DNA of 64,000 nucleotides, taken from positions 19,530,001 through 19,594,000 of the forward strand of contig NC_043024.1 in the NCBI RefSeq assembly GCF_006345805.1, written 5' to 3'. Source of the stretch: Octopus sinensis. Taxonomy: Eukaryota. A model generated the notes under the pieces. That model saw only the letters and a list, made by a program, of their open reading frames with translations, did no database searches and was not told the origin of the DNA. This document shows, piece by piece, positions 12,975-26,117 of this stretch. The first letter of the stretch is position 1. Each line of letters begins with the position of its first letter. Both the position numbers and the translations under genes were made by a program.

Positions 12975-14765
12975 ATCATCATCATCATCATCATCATTTA
13001 GCGTCCGTTTCCATGCTAGCATGGGTTGGACGGTTCAACTGGGGTCTGGGGAGCCCGAGGCTGCACCAGGCCAGTCAGATCTGGCAGTGTTTCTACAGCT
13101 GGATGCCCTTCCTAACGCCAACCACTCCGAGAGTGTAGTGGGTGATTTATGTGCCACCGACACAGGTGCCAGACGAGGCTGGCGAACGGCCACGCTCGGA
13201 TGGTGTTTTTATGTGCCACGACACAGGTGCCAGACGAGGCTGGCAGACGGCCACGCTCGGATGTGTTTTTATGTGCCACGACACAGGTGCCAGATGAGGC
13301 TGAGGCTGGCAGGTGCCAGACGAGGCTGGCAGACGGCCACGCTCGGATGGTGTTTTTATGTGCCACCGACACAGGTGCCAGATGAGGCTGGCGGACGGCC
13401 ACGATCGGATGGTGTGTTACGTCCCCAAAGCACGGAGGCCAGTCTATGCGGTACTGGCTACGGCCACGTTCGGATGATTTTCTTGTGTGCCACCGGCACT
13501 GGTACACAAAGATACAAATTCCATTTATGCTCATCTATTTGATTTGTTTTGATTTGATTTGATTTTCACTTGCCTCAACAGGTCTTCACAAGTGTCACAA
13601 GAAGGAAGGTATGCACAGGTGACTGTCTACGTCGCCGGGTCTTCGGATGGTGTCTTTATGTGCCACCGACACAGGTGCCAGATGTGGCTGCGAACGGCCA
13701 CGATCGGATGTTTTCTTGTGTGCCACCGGTACTGGAACCACAAAGATACAAATTCCATTGATGTTCATCTATTTTGATTTGGTTTGATTTTCACTTGCCT
13801 CAACAGTCTTCACAAGTGTCACGCGTGTCACACACTTGCCTCAACAGGTCTCCACAAGGTCACACACTTGCCTCTGCCTCACAACAGGTCTTCACAAGTG
13901 TCACACACTTGCCTCTGCCTCAACAGGTTTCACAAGTGTCATAAGAGGGAAGGTATGCACAGGGGACTGACTACGTCGCCGGGTCTTTGGATGGTGTTTT
14001 TATGTGCCACCGACACAGGTGCCAGGTGAGGCTGGCGAACGGCCACGATCAGATGGTGTTTGTTGTGCCCACAGCACGGAGGCCAGTCGATGCGGTACCA
14101 GCTACGGCCACTTCGGATGGTTTTCTTGTGTGCCACCGGTACTGGAACCACAAAGATACAAATTCCATTGATATCATCTATTTTGATTTGGTGATTTTCA
14201 CTTGCCTCAACAGGTCTTCACAAGTGTCACACACTTGCCTCAACAGGTCTTCACAAGTGTCATAAGAGGGAGGTATGCACAGGTGGACTGACTACGTCGC
14301 CGGGTCTTCGGATGGGGTCTTTATGTGCCACCGGCACAGGTGCCAGATGAGGCTGGCGAACGGCCACGATCGGATGGTGTTTGTTGTGCCCACAGCACGG
14401 AGGCCAGTCGATGCGGTATGGTTACGGCCACGTTTGGGTGGTTTTCTTGTGTGCCACCGGCACTGGTACCACAAAGAATACAATTCCACTGATGTTCATC
14501 TATTTTGATTTGTTTTGATTTGATTTGATTTTCACTTGCCTCAACAGGTCTTCATAGTGTCACAAGAAGGAAGGTATGCACAGGACTGACTACGTCCAGG
14601 TCGGGGCCACGGTTATGGCCTGACTAGTCTTGCCGGGTCTTCTCATGCACAGCATACTTCATTGGTCTCGGTCTCTAGACATTTCCTTAGTGAGACCTAA
14701 AGTTCGAAGGTCGTGCTTCACCACCTCGTCCAGGTTTTCCTGGGTCTACCTCTTCCACAGGTTCC
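12975..14765 (-). mobile_element. RTE-clade LINE 3' end: ORF C-terminus plus long, internally amplified 3' UTR (family D parent)
   Basis: 14630-14765 (-) reads GTCGRGRPRKT, then (1-nt frameshift) DEVVKHDLRTLGLTKEMSRDRDQ, an RTE C-terminal GRPRKTW/DR.W pattern. The UTR has ~60-bp subrepeats and ~320-bp tandem units and ends in (GAT)n at ~12975. Confidence 0.85.
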
Positions 14766-14874
14766 CTATAATATATATATGTATATATATATGTATATAC
14801 AAATTAGTAAATAATTAGTATATATGTATATATATATCTATATCTATATGTATATGTATGTATATATGTATATG

Positions 14875-14911
<37 letters not shown>

Positions 14912-15272
14912 AATAGATAAGTGTATATTTCCCTTGTTAACAACATGGAAAAAATAGATAAACAGTTACCAGGGTAGTAAAAAATCCCACAAGTAAAGAG
15001 GTTGTAACTCCTTGTTTTTAAAGGTAGAAACTCCAGGTTTACGAGGGATTTTTTGTATAATATATAAATAAATGGAATTTAACGCAGGTATAATTCAAGT
15101 GTATGTATATGTACATGCATATGTATACATTACATGTGTGTGTGTGTATGAATAACAGGAGCTTTTCAGCACCCCTTGTGTGTGTACACATATATATATG
15201 TATGTATGTATGTATATATGCATGTATGTATGTATTTGCATGTGTGTGCTTATGAGGTGGGGCTGAAAATTT

Positions 15273-15430
15273 CCTTTTTCTATTTTCTCTCTGTGCATAT
15301 TTCTGTGTTCCTTTCTGTTGAAGAGCGTAGGCTCAAAACATAAAAGACTTTCTCACTTCCCAAGCATTAAACTAATACATCTGTTTGCTGTTTTTTGTCT
15401 TTGTCTTTTGTTTTTTTTTTGTAAATACTC
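15273..15430 (+). mobile_element. Penelope-like element terminal fragment with hammerhead-like fold
   Basis: cttt-ctgttga-a-gagc gtag gctc-aaaac-ata-aaag at 15311-15346; same family as 41860-42010. Confidence 0.6.
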
Positions 15431-15590
15431 ACTATATATATATATGTGTGTATATATATATATAATATATATATATATATGTGTGTATATATAATATATA
15501 TATATATATAGTATGATATGTGTGTGTGTGTATATATATATATATGTATATGTGTGTGTGTGTATATATATATATGTGTGTGTGTGTGCG

Positions 15591-15623
<33 letters not shown>

Positions 15624-15793
15624 ATATATATATATGTGTATGTGTGTGAGAGTGTATATATATATAAAAACACTCCTGTCACCACTTTGGACCTTGAAGA
15701 CTGCTTAAATGCAAGAAAGTATACTAGTCCCCTAATATTTGATATTCAATATTTCATCTATTCAATAAGACAAACAATACTTCATTTCTTTTG

Positions 15794-15837
<44 letters not shown>

Positions 15838-15943
15838 TTTATACTATATATTCTATATTCTACATTAATATTATAAAGAATATAAATAAAACATAAAAAA
15901 ACAGAGTTGGAATTCCTTTGAATAATATATATATATATATATA

Positions 15944-16254
15944 TCACCGTGATCACCATGACCGAGCAGGCTATCAGATGTTGCTACACATCGTTGGTCA
16001 CAATGCACTTCGCATTGTTTTAGCCTTCAAATGGGGCCACCCCACTGGCTAAGTGAGCATGCCAACAGAAGAAAGAGTGAGAGAAAGTTGTGGCAAAAGA
16101 GTACAGCAGGGATCGCCAGCACCCCCTGCTGGAACCTCGTGGAGATTTTAGGTGTTTTTGCTCAATAAACACTCACAACGTCCGGTCTGGGAATCGAAAC
16201 CGTGATCCTACAACCACGAGTCCACTGCCCTAACCACTGGGCCATTGCACTTCC
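15944..16254 (-). mobile_element. SINE family A
   Basis: Reverse complement of 606-901. Confidence 0.85.
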
Positions 16255-16275
16255 ACACACACATATATGTATATG

Positions 16276-16307
<32 letters not shown>

Positions 16308-16612
16308 TTTGTATGTATGTATGTATGTATATATAATAGTACTCCCCACAGTTGAATTTACATGTATTATTTAATAACAATTTTATTCTGTTCCATGCTT
16401 GGTTTTGTACAAGCTTGACATGTTAGTGTTGTTTGAGGAGAGCCTACAGAACTCTAAGCAACATGAAGTCAAATCAAACAATCACTGAACAACATGTCTA
16501 CATACTAACATACTTACAAACATACATATACACATATATATGTATATATTATGTTATACTATATGTATATATATATATATATATATACAAAGATATATCT
16601 ATATCTATATCG

Positions 16613-16647
<35 letters not shown>

Positions 16648-16838
16648 CATATATACTATATACTTACATATATATAATATATATCTATATATATATATAT
16701 ATATGTATACATATATACATATATATCTATATCTATCTATCTATATATATATATTTATATAAATAATATATATATAGAGAGAGATTTATATACATTTATA
16801 CATATATCTATCTATTTCTATCTATCTTATATATATAC

Positions 16839-16911
<73 letters not shown>

Positions 16912-17418
16912 CAAACAGAAATAAATACACATATAAACACACGCATATCTTAAGAAATGACATGTTGCATTGAACGAAGAATTATATTTACTCAAGAAAA
17001 TCAAGTGAGATTTGTTAAGTCTATACAAATTTGAATAATCGTTTTTTTCTACATTATTTTTCCTGAGTTTTCCCATCAAAACAGCACCAGCATTTTCCCC
17101 AAATAAAACATGGGTTGTCTATGTAAGATTTAGAAATGGTTTTTACCTGTTTCCTAATGTCCATGTTTAATTCATAACAGAAGTGTTGTACATTGATTTT
17201 CCTTTATTCTTAAGCAATTTTCTCCTTTCTACCCCAGATTTCTTTTGCTTGCTTAGTTTTCTGTCTGCATTGTGAGCATCAGAACACTTAGGATTCTGAC
17301 ATATCCAGCAAACCCACATTAATTTCAGAAGAACGGGTTGTGAAATGATGATGATGATGATTATGACAGCAACAACAATGATGATGATGGGGACAGTGGA
17401 GGTGGTGATGACAGCGAC

Positions 17419-17449
<31 letters not shown>

Positions 17450-17459
17450 GATTATTACC

Positions 17460-17812
17460 AGTGGCACGTAAAAAGCACCATCCGATCGTGGCCGTTTGCC
17501 AGCCTCGCCTGGCCCTCGTGCCGGTGGCACGTAAAAAGCACCATCCAATTGTGGCCATTTGTCAGCCTCGCCTCGCCCCCATACTGGTGGCACATAAAAA
17601 GAACCATCCGATCGTGGCCGTTTGCCAGCCTCGTCTGGCACGTAAAAAGCACCCCCTACACTCACGGAGTGGTTGGCGTTAGGAAGGGCATCCAGCCATA
17701 GAAACATTGCCAGATCAGACTGGGCCTAGTGCAGCCTTCTGGCTTCCCAGACCCTAGTTGAACCGTCCAACCCATGCTAGCATGGAAAACGGACGTTAAA
17801 CGATGATGATGA
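17460..17812 (+). mobile_element. RTE 3' UTR fragment (family D)
   Basis: Subrepeats gtggcacgtaaaaagcaccatccgatcgtggcc; ends ggacgttaaacgatgatgatg. Confidence 0.9.
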
Positions 17813-17815
17813 TTA

Positions 17816-17863
<48 letters not shown>

Positions 17864-17974
17864 GAAACAAGTGAAGGTTGACAACAGGAAAGGCATCCAG
17901 CCATAGAAAAATCTGCCTCAACAAACCCTGCCTGACACTTGCAAACATTGGAAAAAGTTGATGTTAGATCTTTA

Positions 17975-18350
17975 GCATTTCAACGAGCCTTAACCAGACT
18001 AAATATTTTATCTGTTTTATATTTAAACTAACCAGGTTACCCCTGGAAGATGCTTCATGACAGGCCTTGGACCAGATGACTGGACAGGACTAAGAAAGAT
18101 CTCCAGAGGCTCAAAGTTACCTTGGAGAATGCAGAGGGGCTGGTATGGCACCACCAACGATGGAGAGTTATGGTGGACTTAGTCAGCTCTACACATGACC
18201 ACTAATTACACCTACCCTACAATGTCTCTGGGACCACTAACTATGTCTGCCCAACATTGTCATTCTAAAGATAATCCATCACATTATTAAAATCTTAAAA
18301 CTACAAGATAATACATGATTAATTCAAAACAATGTGGATAAATGCAGAGA
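17975..18350 (+). mobile_element. decayed piggyBac-type MITE (family G) with an RTE C-terminal fragment inserted (~18050-18200)
   Basis: Flanks match 63106-63328; insert reads RPWTR*LDRTKKDLQRLKVTLENAEGLVWHHQRWRVMVDLV. Confidence 0.55.
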
Positions 18351-18446
18351 GTTAAGACTTACATTTCATAAAGTAATGAGAATGGAAAAGGGTTCAATGT
18401 CGATGATGGCATTACGAGACATATGTTTTTTTTTTCACATAAATAT

Positions 18447-19120
18447 AGGTGCAGGAGTGGCCGTGTGGTAAGTAGCATGCTTACAAACCCCATGGTTCCT
18501 GGTTCAGTCCCACTACGAGGCATCTTGAGCAAGTGTCTTCTGCCTTGGGCCAACCAAAGCCTTGTGAGTGGATTTGGTAGACGGAAACTGAAAGAAGCCC
18601 ATCGTATATATATATATATATATATATACATATATACAACTTATGACGTTCAGAAATTTCTGTCGGCTTTTTTTCGAGTAGCGTGCATATTGTGAAAAAT
18701 TATATCGTTATGGACAATTATATCCAATTTTCGGCATATTTGGCATTAGAAATTTTTTCGTTTGCCCTTATTTATAAGTTGTTTATAATTTTAACCATTA
18801 AAGGTATTTTTTAATATGCTGGCGATTGACAAAATTTTTTTTCGAAAAAATTTTATCCTACATTAAATATATATATATATATTATATATGTGTGTGTGTG
18901 TGTGTATATGTTTGTGTGTCTGTATTTGATCCCCTAACATCACTTGACAACCAATGCTGGTGTGTTTACGTCCCCGTAACTTAGCAGTTCAGCAAAAGAG
19001 ACCGATTGAATACGTACTGGGCTTACAAAGAATAAGCTCTGGGGTCGATTTGCTCGACTAAAGGCGGTCCTCCAGCATGGCCACAGCCAAATGACTGAAA
19101 CAAGTAAGAGAGTAAAAGAG
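18447..19120 (+). mobile_element. SINE family B with ~230 bp of extra sequence inside its internal microsatellite
   Basis: Both B halves are intact; unique sequence 18638-18865 lies between (TA) runs. Confidence 0.85.
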
Positions 19121-19530
19121 ATATATAACTGTTGATACAAACTTGTACACATTATAGAAAATAATTTTCAAGCAAAGAGAGATGTGATTTAACTTACATA
19201 CATTGAATGATGTGTGACTATGCGTATGTGTATGATTGTATCAGCTTGTCTTAACATCACATGGTAGTTACAAGTGGTGTCATTTCATTTCCAATACTGG
19301 TGTTGGTGCCATAGGAAGTAGTGGTGCTGATACTACATAGAGAGCACTGATGATGGTTCCCCAGAAGAATGCATTGGGGATGGTGCTATGTAAAAAGCAC
19401 CCAGCCATAGAAACCAAACGAAAACAGACTCTGGAACCTTATCAGTTCCTATCAAGTCATCCAACCCATGCCAACAAGGAAATGTGTGGAATGTTAATAT
19501 ATTGATGATGATAATGATGATGATAATTTA

Positions 19531-19752
19531 CCCTTTCAATACCAACCCAGCTGAAACTGCCTCTGGCTCTGTAGTATAAATGTTTTGTTTTCAAAAGTTT
19601 TGAATTAAAATCTTCCACCAAACCTTAGTCACAATTTATGTTCCTAACACTAGCTGAATGATAACCAAGTTATTTTACTAAATTCTTTGTTATATTTAAA
19701 ATTAATTGAAAGAAACACAGAGCATCTCAGCAGAAATATGGTAACAAAAGGG
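19531..19752. mobile_element. piggyBac-type MITE (family E), copy 1
   Basis: ttta|CCCTTTCAATAC ... GTAACAAAAGGG|TTAA. Confidence 0.8.
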
Positions 19753-19783
19753 TTAAAATATATAATAGAGAAACAATTCTTAA

Positions 19784-20004
19784 CCCTTTTGATACCAACC
19801 AGGCAGAAACCGCTTCTGGCTCTGTAGTACAAATGTCTTGTTTTCATAAGTTTTGAATTAAAATCTTCCACCAAACCTTAGTCACAATTTATGTTCCTAA
19901 CACCAACTTAATGATAACTAAGTTATTTTACTAAACTCTTTGTTAATTTAAAATTAATTGAAAGAAACACAGAGCATCTCAAAATAAATACAGTAACGAA
20001 AGGG
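19784..20004. mobile_element. piggyBac-type MITE (family E), copy 2
   Basis: TTAA|CCCTTTTGATAC ... GTAACGAAAGGG|TTAA; direct repeat of copy 1, which ends ~30 bp upstream. Confidence 0.85.
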
Positions 20005-20307
20005 TTAAGCATGGGGGAAATATTGCATTGCTTGGAAACAGGTGACAGTTAGCAACAGGAAGGGCATCCAGCTCACAGAAAAAAAAAAAAACTATCTCAA
20101 CAAACTCCATCTGAGCCATGCAAGTGTGGAAAAGGAGAGTGTTAATGCAATAATAATGATGATGGTGATATGTTTGTGTGTGTGAATATGGAGTCGTTTA
20201 ACTAAATGAAAAGTCTTGCAGTTCAAATATTGACCTTCTTTGAAGAAATGTCCAGCTGCATTCAATAAGCACAATCATACACAATTAAGTTCCTCAACCA
20301 CTATATA

Positions 20308-20341
<34 letters not shown>

Positions 20342-20380
20342 CGTGTGCATGTGTGTGTGTATATACATATGTATATATGC

Positions 20381-20426
<46 letters not shown>

Positions 20427-20617
20427 GTATATATATATCTATATGCAAGTGTATGAGTATGCATGTATATATATATATATATATATATTTACACATACAT
20501 GTATATATATATATCTATATGCAAGTATATGTGTATGCATGTACATATATATATATATATATATATTTACACATACATGTATATATATCTATATGCAAGT
20601 GTATGCATGTATATATA

Positions 20618-20648
<31 letters not shown>

Positions 20649-21292
20649 GTATATATATGTGTGTAGGTGATATGTATGTGTATATATGTGTGTGTATGTG
20701 ATATGTATATATATGTGTGTGTGTGTATGTGTGTATATAAATGTATATATATACACACACATCTCATTCTTGCTTTGTTTTTGTCTTTCTTTTCCTCCCC
20801 TTCACCCTATTACTCTTCCCTCTCTCTCACTCACTCTCTCTCTCTCAGTCACTCACATGATACAGTTTGTCTCCAGCTCATAATAATTGGTACATACACT
20901 GATGCATACACCTATATACACATACATACAAACACACACACACATATATTTACACAAATATATCCATGTACAGTACATAGTTGTACACACACACACACAC
21001 ACACGCACATTCATGCATGCATACACATCCTATGTGTAGCTGCATATGTAGACACATCAAGTGGTGTCCCCCTAACCAAAAGACAGCAGGTAAACAACAA
21101 CACGCCTGAAAGAACTCAATACATTTAGCAGGACACCACTTTATGTGTGCATGTACCTGATGTGACCCAAACTGCACTGATCGTTGCAACACAATTGGAT
21201 GCACAACATCTGACTCAGAAAGGGAAGCTGCATGGGCTGTCAAAATGATCATTGTACTGAATAAAGTCGAGTACCAAATCTATCTTCCATTT

Positions 21293-21524
21293 GGGTGGCG
21301 AGCTGGCAGAATTGCTAGAGCACCAAGCGAAATGCGTAGCCGTATTTCGTCTGTCGTTACGTTGTGAGTTCAAATTCCGCTGCGGTCGACTTTGCCTTTC
21401 ATCCTTTCGGGGTCGATAAGTAAAGTACCAGTTATGCACTGGGGTCAATGTAATCGACTTAATCTCTTTGTCTGTTCTTGTTTGTCCCCTCTGTGTTTAG
21501 CCCCTTGTGGGTAGTAAAGAAATA
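21293..21524 (+). mobile_element. SINE family C monomer with 18-bp TSD
   Basis: A-box-like tggcagaattg, B-box gagttcaaattcc, core gactttgcctttcatcctttcggggtcgataa; TSD caaatctatcttccattt at 21275-21292 and 21525-21542. Confidence 0.9.
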
Positions 21525-21711
21525 CAAATCTATCTTCCATTTCCTACACACACACACACACACATACACACACATGTAATATTTTACTTGTTGCAGTCAT
21601 TTGCACTGCGACCATGCTGGAGTACTACCTTGAAGCATTTTAGTCTAGCAAATCAACCCCAGTATTTATTTTTCAAAGCCTGGTACTTCTACCAATCTTT
21701 CTGCCAAACTT

Positions 21712-22179
21712 TTCCAATGGCCTACAGGTGTCGATGAATGGTTGAATGACCAAATCCAAGCTTCTCTGTTAGTTCCTCAACAACTACGATAGGATTTTAT
21801 TTGGTCAAGCTCTACTGATCTTCCAGGATGAGGCTCGTCTTTTGGGCTGTAGTTTCCAGCTCAGAATTTCTGGAACCACCATTGACACTGGATTATGCTT
21901 ATTGTCCAATCCCCATACTCTGCATTAATATTCCTTGCACTTCCCATTCTATTGTTGCCTTTATTGAATTTATAAAGCAAAATATGCCGAATATCCTCCT
22001 TTGTCACTTCCATTATAGCTTTGAAAAAAATAACTGTTAAAATCGAACAGCACTCTTAAAAACTTGCACTAAGAATAAGTTAAATTAATACCTGTTTTTA
22101 TAGCAAGTTGATGCAGATAGTTTATTCTGTCCCTCTTCATGCAATAGAAAAAGCGCATTATTTATGGGATGACTTAATA
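21712..22179 (-). mobile_element. mariner transposon 5' fragment with decayed transposase N-terminus
   Basis: From ATG at 22013 (-): MEVTKEDIRHILLYKFNKGNNRMGSARNINAEYGDWTISIIQCQWWFQKF*AGNYSPKDEPHPGRSVELD (mariner HTH region, in-frame stop); TIR tattaagtcatcccataaataatgc ends at TA 22178-22179. Confidence 0.9.
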
Positions 22180-22199
22180 TGTGACCACATGTGTATCAT

Positions 22200-22390
22200 T
22201 GGCGAATTTTTTCCCTCCGTCTTCCCTTCCTTAGATCTTTCCTTTTCCTATGTTTCTGACGAAGAGCTCCACTTGAAACGTTAAACCCTCCTTCTTTCTT
22301 TCCTTTAATGAGTGTCCAATAACACTATACTTGTTCCACATCCTCGCGTTGTTGTGTTTTCTCTTTGTGTTTTCATGTTTGGATTAACTA
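22200..22390 (+). mobile_element. Penelope-like terminal fragment with hammerhead core
   Basis: gttt-CTGACGA-A-gagc tcc actt-GAAAC-GTT-aaac at 22252-22286. Confidence 0.65.
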
Positions 22391-22744
22391 TATACATATA
22401 TATATATAATATGTTAATAAATAAAACATATGCATATATACATACATATATGTACGTACATACATCTATATGTATATATACATGCTTATATAGGTACAGG
22501 ACACCAAAAAAAAACGTCCAACACAAAGAGAAACGAAAACATAGACACAAACCCAAGGAACTGGACATTTTTTTAAACAACAAAAAAATAGAGTACAGAA
22601 CAATTAACACAAAGAAAAAACCCCTTCTTCAGTCGCCATGGTTTCATCTACTCTACGTTTCGAAGGTGAAGGCGAGACGTATCTTCGATAAGAAACTTTC
22701 CTTCCTGCGAAAAGCAAATCAATTAAAATTTGAGATCTTTTCAC

Positions 22745-22910
22745 ATATATATATATACACGACAGCTTCTTTCAGTTTCCATTAATCAAATCCACTTGTA
22801 GGGCTTTGGTCAGCCTGATGCTACAGTAGAATACATTTGGCCAAAGTGTCACATAATGGAACTGAACCCAGAACCATGTGGTTAGGAAGCAAGCTTCTTA
22901 CAGTCACGCC
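22745..22910 (-). mobile_element. SINE family B, 5' half, degenerate
   Basis: cttctttcagtttcc...actgaacccagaaccatgtggttagg. Confidence 0.75.
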
Positions 22911-22984
22911 TCTGAATTCTTTCATAATCTTGGAATAGACATAAGGAACTTATTCCATTAGAACCTGTGGAGTCTTATAAAGCC

Positions 22985-23375
22985 TTTTCTCTCTCCCTCT
23001 CGTTTTCTCCCTCACTCATTCACTCTCTCTCTTACTCTCAATTTCCTTTTCATTCTCTTTCCTCCCCCTCTCTCATTCTCTCTCCCTCTGTCTCTCACTC
23101 TCTTCCTTCATTTCTCTTACTCTATCTCTTTTTCCTTTTCCTTCTCTCTCTCTCTCTCTCTCTCTTTCTAACTCTCTCTCTCTCTCTCGTTCTCTCTCTC
23201 TCTCACTCATTCACTCTCCCTCTTTCTCTCAATTTCCTTTTCATTCTCTCTTTCCTCCCCCTCTGTCTCTCACTCTCTTTCTCCTTCATTTCTCTTACTC
23301 TTTCTTCTCTTTCTTCCTTTCTCCTCTCTCTCTCTCTCACTACCTCTCCTTTCCTTCTCCCCCCTCACCTCCTCA
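22985..23375. repeat. (CT)n-rich polypyrimidine tract with an internal duplication
   Basis: Block aatttccttttcattctct occurs twice (~23040 and ~23230). Confidence 0.9.
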
Positions 23376-24162
23376 AAAAAAAAAAAAAAAAAACCCATCT
23401 TCTGACACCAGAAGATACACAGATTCAACATAAAATCTCCAGATCTGCAGATCTCTCCTTTCAATTTAATTATTTTTCTTTCATTAGATAATTAAATCTT
23501 TTGCGATCGCAGGACTAATATCATCGCACCTCACCCGGCTTCGTGTTCAAAGATCTGGCAAATATGTCCAGTTGATAACAAAGTAGATTTTTGTAACTCG
23601 AAAAATTGATGTAAATATGCTAAATGGAGGAGACGACCTCTTCAGAGAACGTTTGACTTTGGAGTTAATCATATTTTGCTCATAGCAGACCAGAATTTAC
23701 TGGAAACAGAGGCATATCTTCTACTTGTTGTTGCTTATTGTTGTTGTTGCTGCTGCTATTGTTGTTCTGTGTGTACGGTTGTGTATTCTGAATAATGACA
23801 CGGTAAACGCGAACATTGTGTAATAAATTAAATTAACGTGTGTGTGTGTGTGCGGATGGTGTATGTATGTATGTATGTATATATATACATACATGTAGAT
23901 ACCTATTTGTGTATATGTGTGATATGCAGGAGAAAGGATGCATATGTATGCATATTTTTATGTGTGTGTATACACATAAATATATGTATATAGTTATATA
24001 TCTATATCTACGAAATTTATCTCTCTCTCTCTCCCTCTCTCTCTCTATATATATATGTATGTATATATTTATGTATATGCATATATGCACACACATATTT
24101 GTATGTAAATATACCTTTTTATGTTTATAATATATATATATAATATAATATAATATAATATA

Positions 24163-24203
<41 letters not shown>

Positions 24204-24384
24204 ACATATATATGTGTGTATATATTAATATAATATAATATACATACATATATATATATACACACACACACGCATCTATATATTCCACACACATACATAC
24301 AGCCACGCATATATATATATGTGTATATATATATATATATGTATATATATACACACACATATATGTGTAATATATATATATATA

Positions 24385-24427
<43 letters not shown>

Positions 24428-24984
24428 TAATATATATATATTCACACCACACACACACACACACACACACACAATATATATATATATAAATTATATTTGC
24501 ATATCATACACTTGCCAGTTACAGAAAACAAACACAAAAGCCACCACAAAATATACAGTACACAGTTAAACAATTGCTCCCAGTAAAATAACCCTCAAAA
24601 GTAATTTATATCCCTTTGACAAGCCATCTTCCAGATTATTCTGCACAGACTCGAGATCTAATTTATGAGTTCAGGCTAAACTAAGCTTCTATGACGCAAA
24701 AACTAAGATGATAAATGATGCATCTAACATGATATCACATGGGTATTTCATATAATGAGACAAACGTAATAGAAAGGAAATTGATTACAAATTGTTAAGC
24801 CGGATACAGAGGATAAACTTAGACTAACAACAACAATATGAAAAATAAATTAAAACGAAAATCTGATGAGATTTGATGCAAGTTAAACCATCCATCCATA
24901 TTGTCTGTCAGTTGTTCCTGGAAGGGTTGCTGAGGTAGAATTCTCAGGTATGTTACCTGTAGGGTTCCTATCTCTCTCTCTCTC

Positions 24985-25372
24985 TTGTAATCTTTTACTT
25001 GTTTCAGTCATTTGACTGCAGCCATGCTGGAGCACCACCTTTAGTTGAGCAAATCGACCCTGGGACTTATTCTTTGTAAGCCCAGTACTTATTCTATCGG
25101 TCTCTTTTGCCGAACTGCTAAGTGACGGGGACGTAAACACACTAGCATCGGTAAACACACTAGCAATGCTAGGGGTACAAACACAGACACACAAACACAT
25201 ATATATATACGACAGGCTTCTTTCAGTTTCCGTCTACCAAATCCACTCACAAGGCATTGGTCAGCCCGGGGCTATAACAGAAGACACTTGCCCAAGATAC
25301 CACGCAGTGGGACTGAACCCGGAACCATGTGGTTGGTTAGCAAGCTACTTACCACACAGCCACTCCTGCGCC
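24985..25372 (-). mobile_element. SINE family B inserted in a Rex3-like unit
   Basis: Full family B sequence; cctatc is present on both sides (24965-24970 and 25370-25375). Confidence 0.9.
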
Positions 25373-25794
25373 TATCAGAAGCGACTTCTTAAAATATGAT
25401 TAATTGAAACGACGGATGTTATTGAACTACCTTGTTCTTGATCTACTGGTAGGTCTCCTGTGGATTGGCTTGGTTTGTAGAATCTGTTTTGTAGGACCTT
25501 CCTGCAATATTCCAATCGTATGTCTGTAGTATGAGAGCTATGGTTTTTCTTATTTGCTTATTTATCCATCCATCCATCCATCCATCAATCTTCACCACTG
25601 GCTATTCCTGAGAGGATCATGGATGTTTGGGTTCTCAGGCACCTCCTCCGTAGGGTCCTATCAGAAGCAACTGTAATTAGTGTTTCAGCCTGATTTTCTA
25701 GAGTGATTACTTGAACCAATGGATATTATCGGACCATCTTGTTCTTGATCTTCCCCTAGTTCTCCTGGGGATTAACTCAGTTTGTGCGACTGGC

Positions 25795-26117
25795 TTCTGT
25801 GCCGGTGGCACGTAAAAAGCACCATCCAAACGTGGCCAATGCCAGTGCCGCCTTGACTGGCTTCCATGCCAGTGGCATGTAAAAAGCACCATCCAAACGT
25901 GGCCGATGCCAGACCCCCCTGGCACCAGTGCCCGTGGCACGTAAAAAGCATCCACTACACTCGCGGAGTGGTTGGCGTTAGGAAGGGCATCCAGCTGTAG
26001 AAACACTGCCAGATCAGACTGGAGCCTGGTGCAGCCTCCTGGCTTCCCAGACCCCAGTTGAACTGTCCAACCCATGCTAGCGTGGAAAACGGACATTAAA
26101 CGATGATGATGATGATC
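25795..26117 (+). mobile_element. RTE 3' UTR fragment (family D)
   Basis: Family D subrepeats and (GAT)n tail. Confidence 0.9.
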
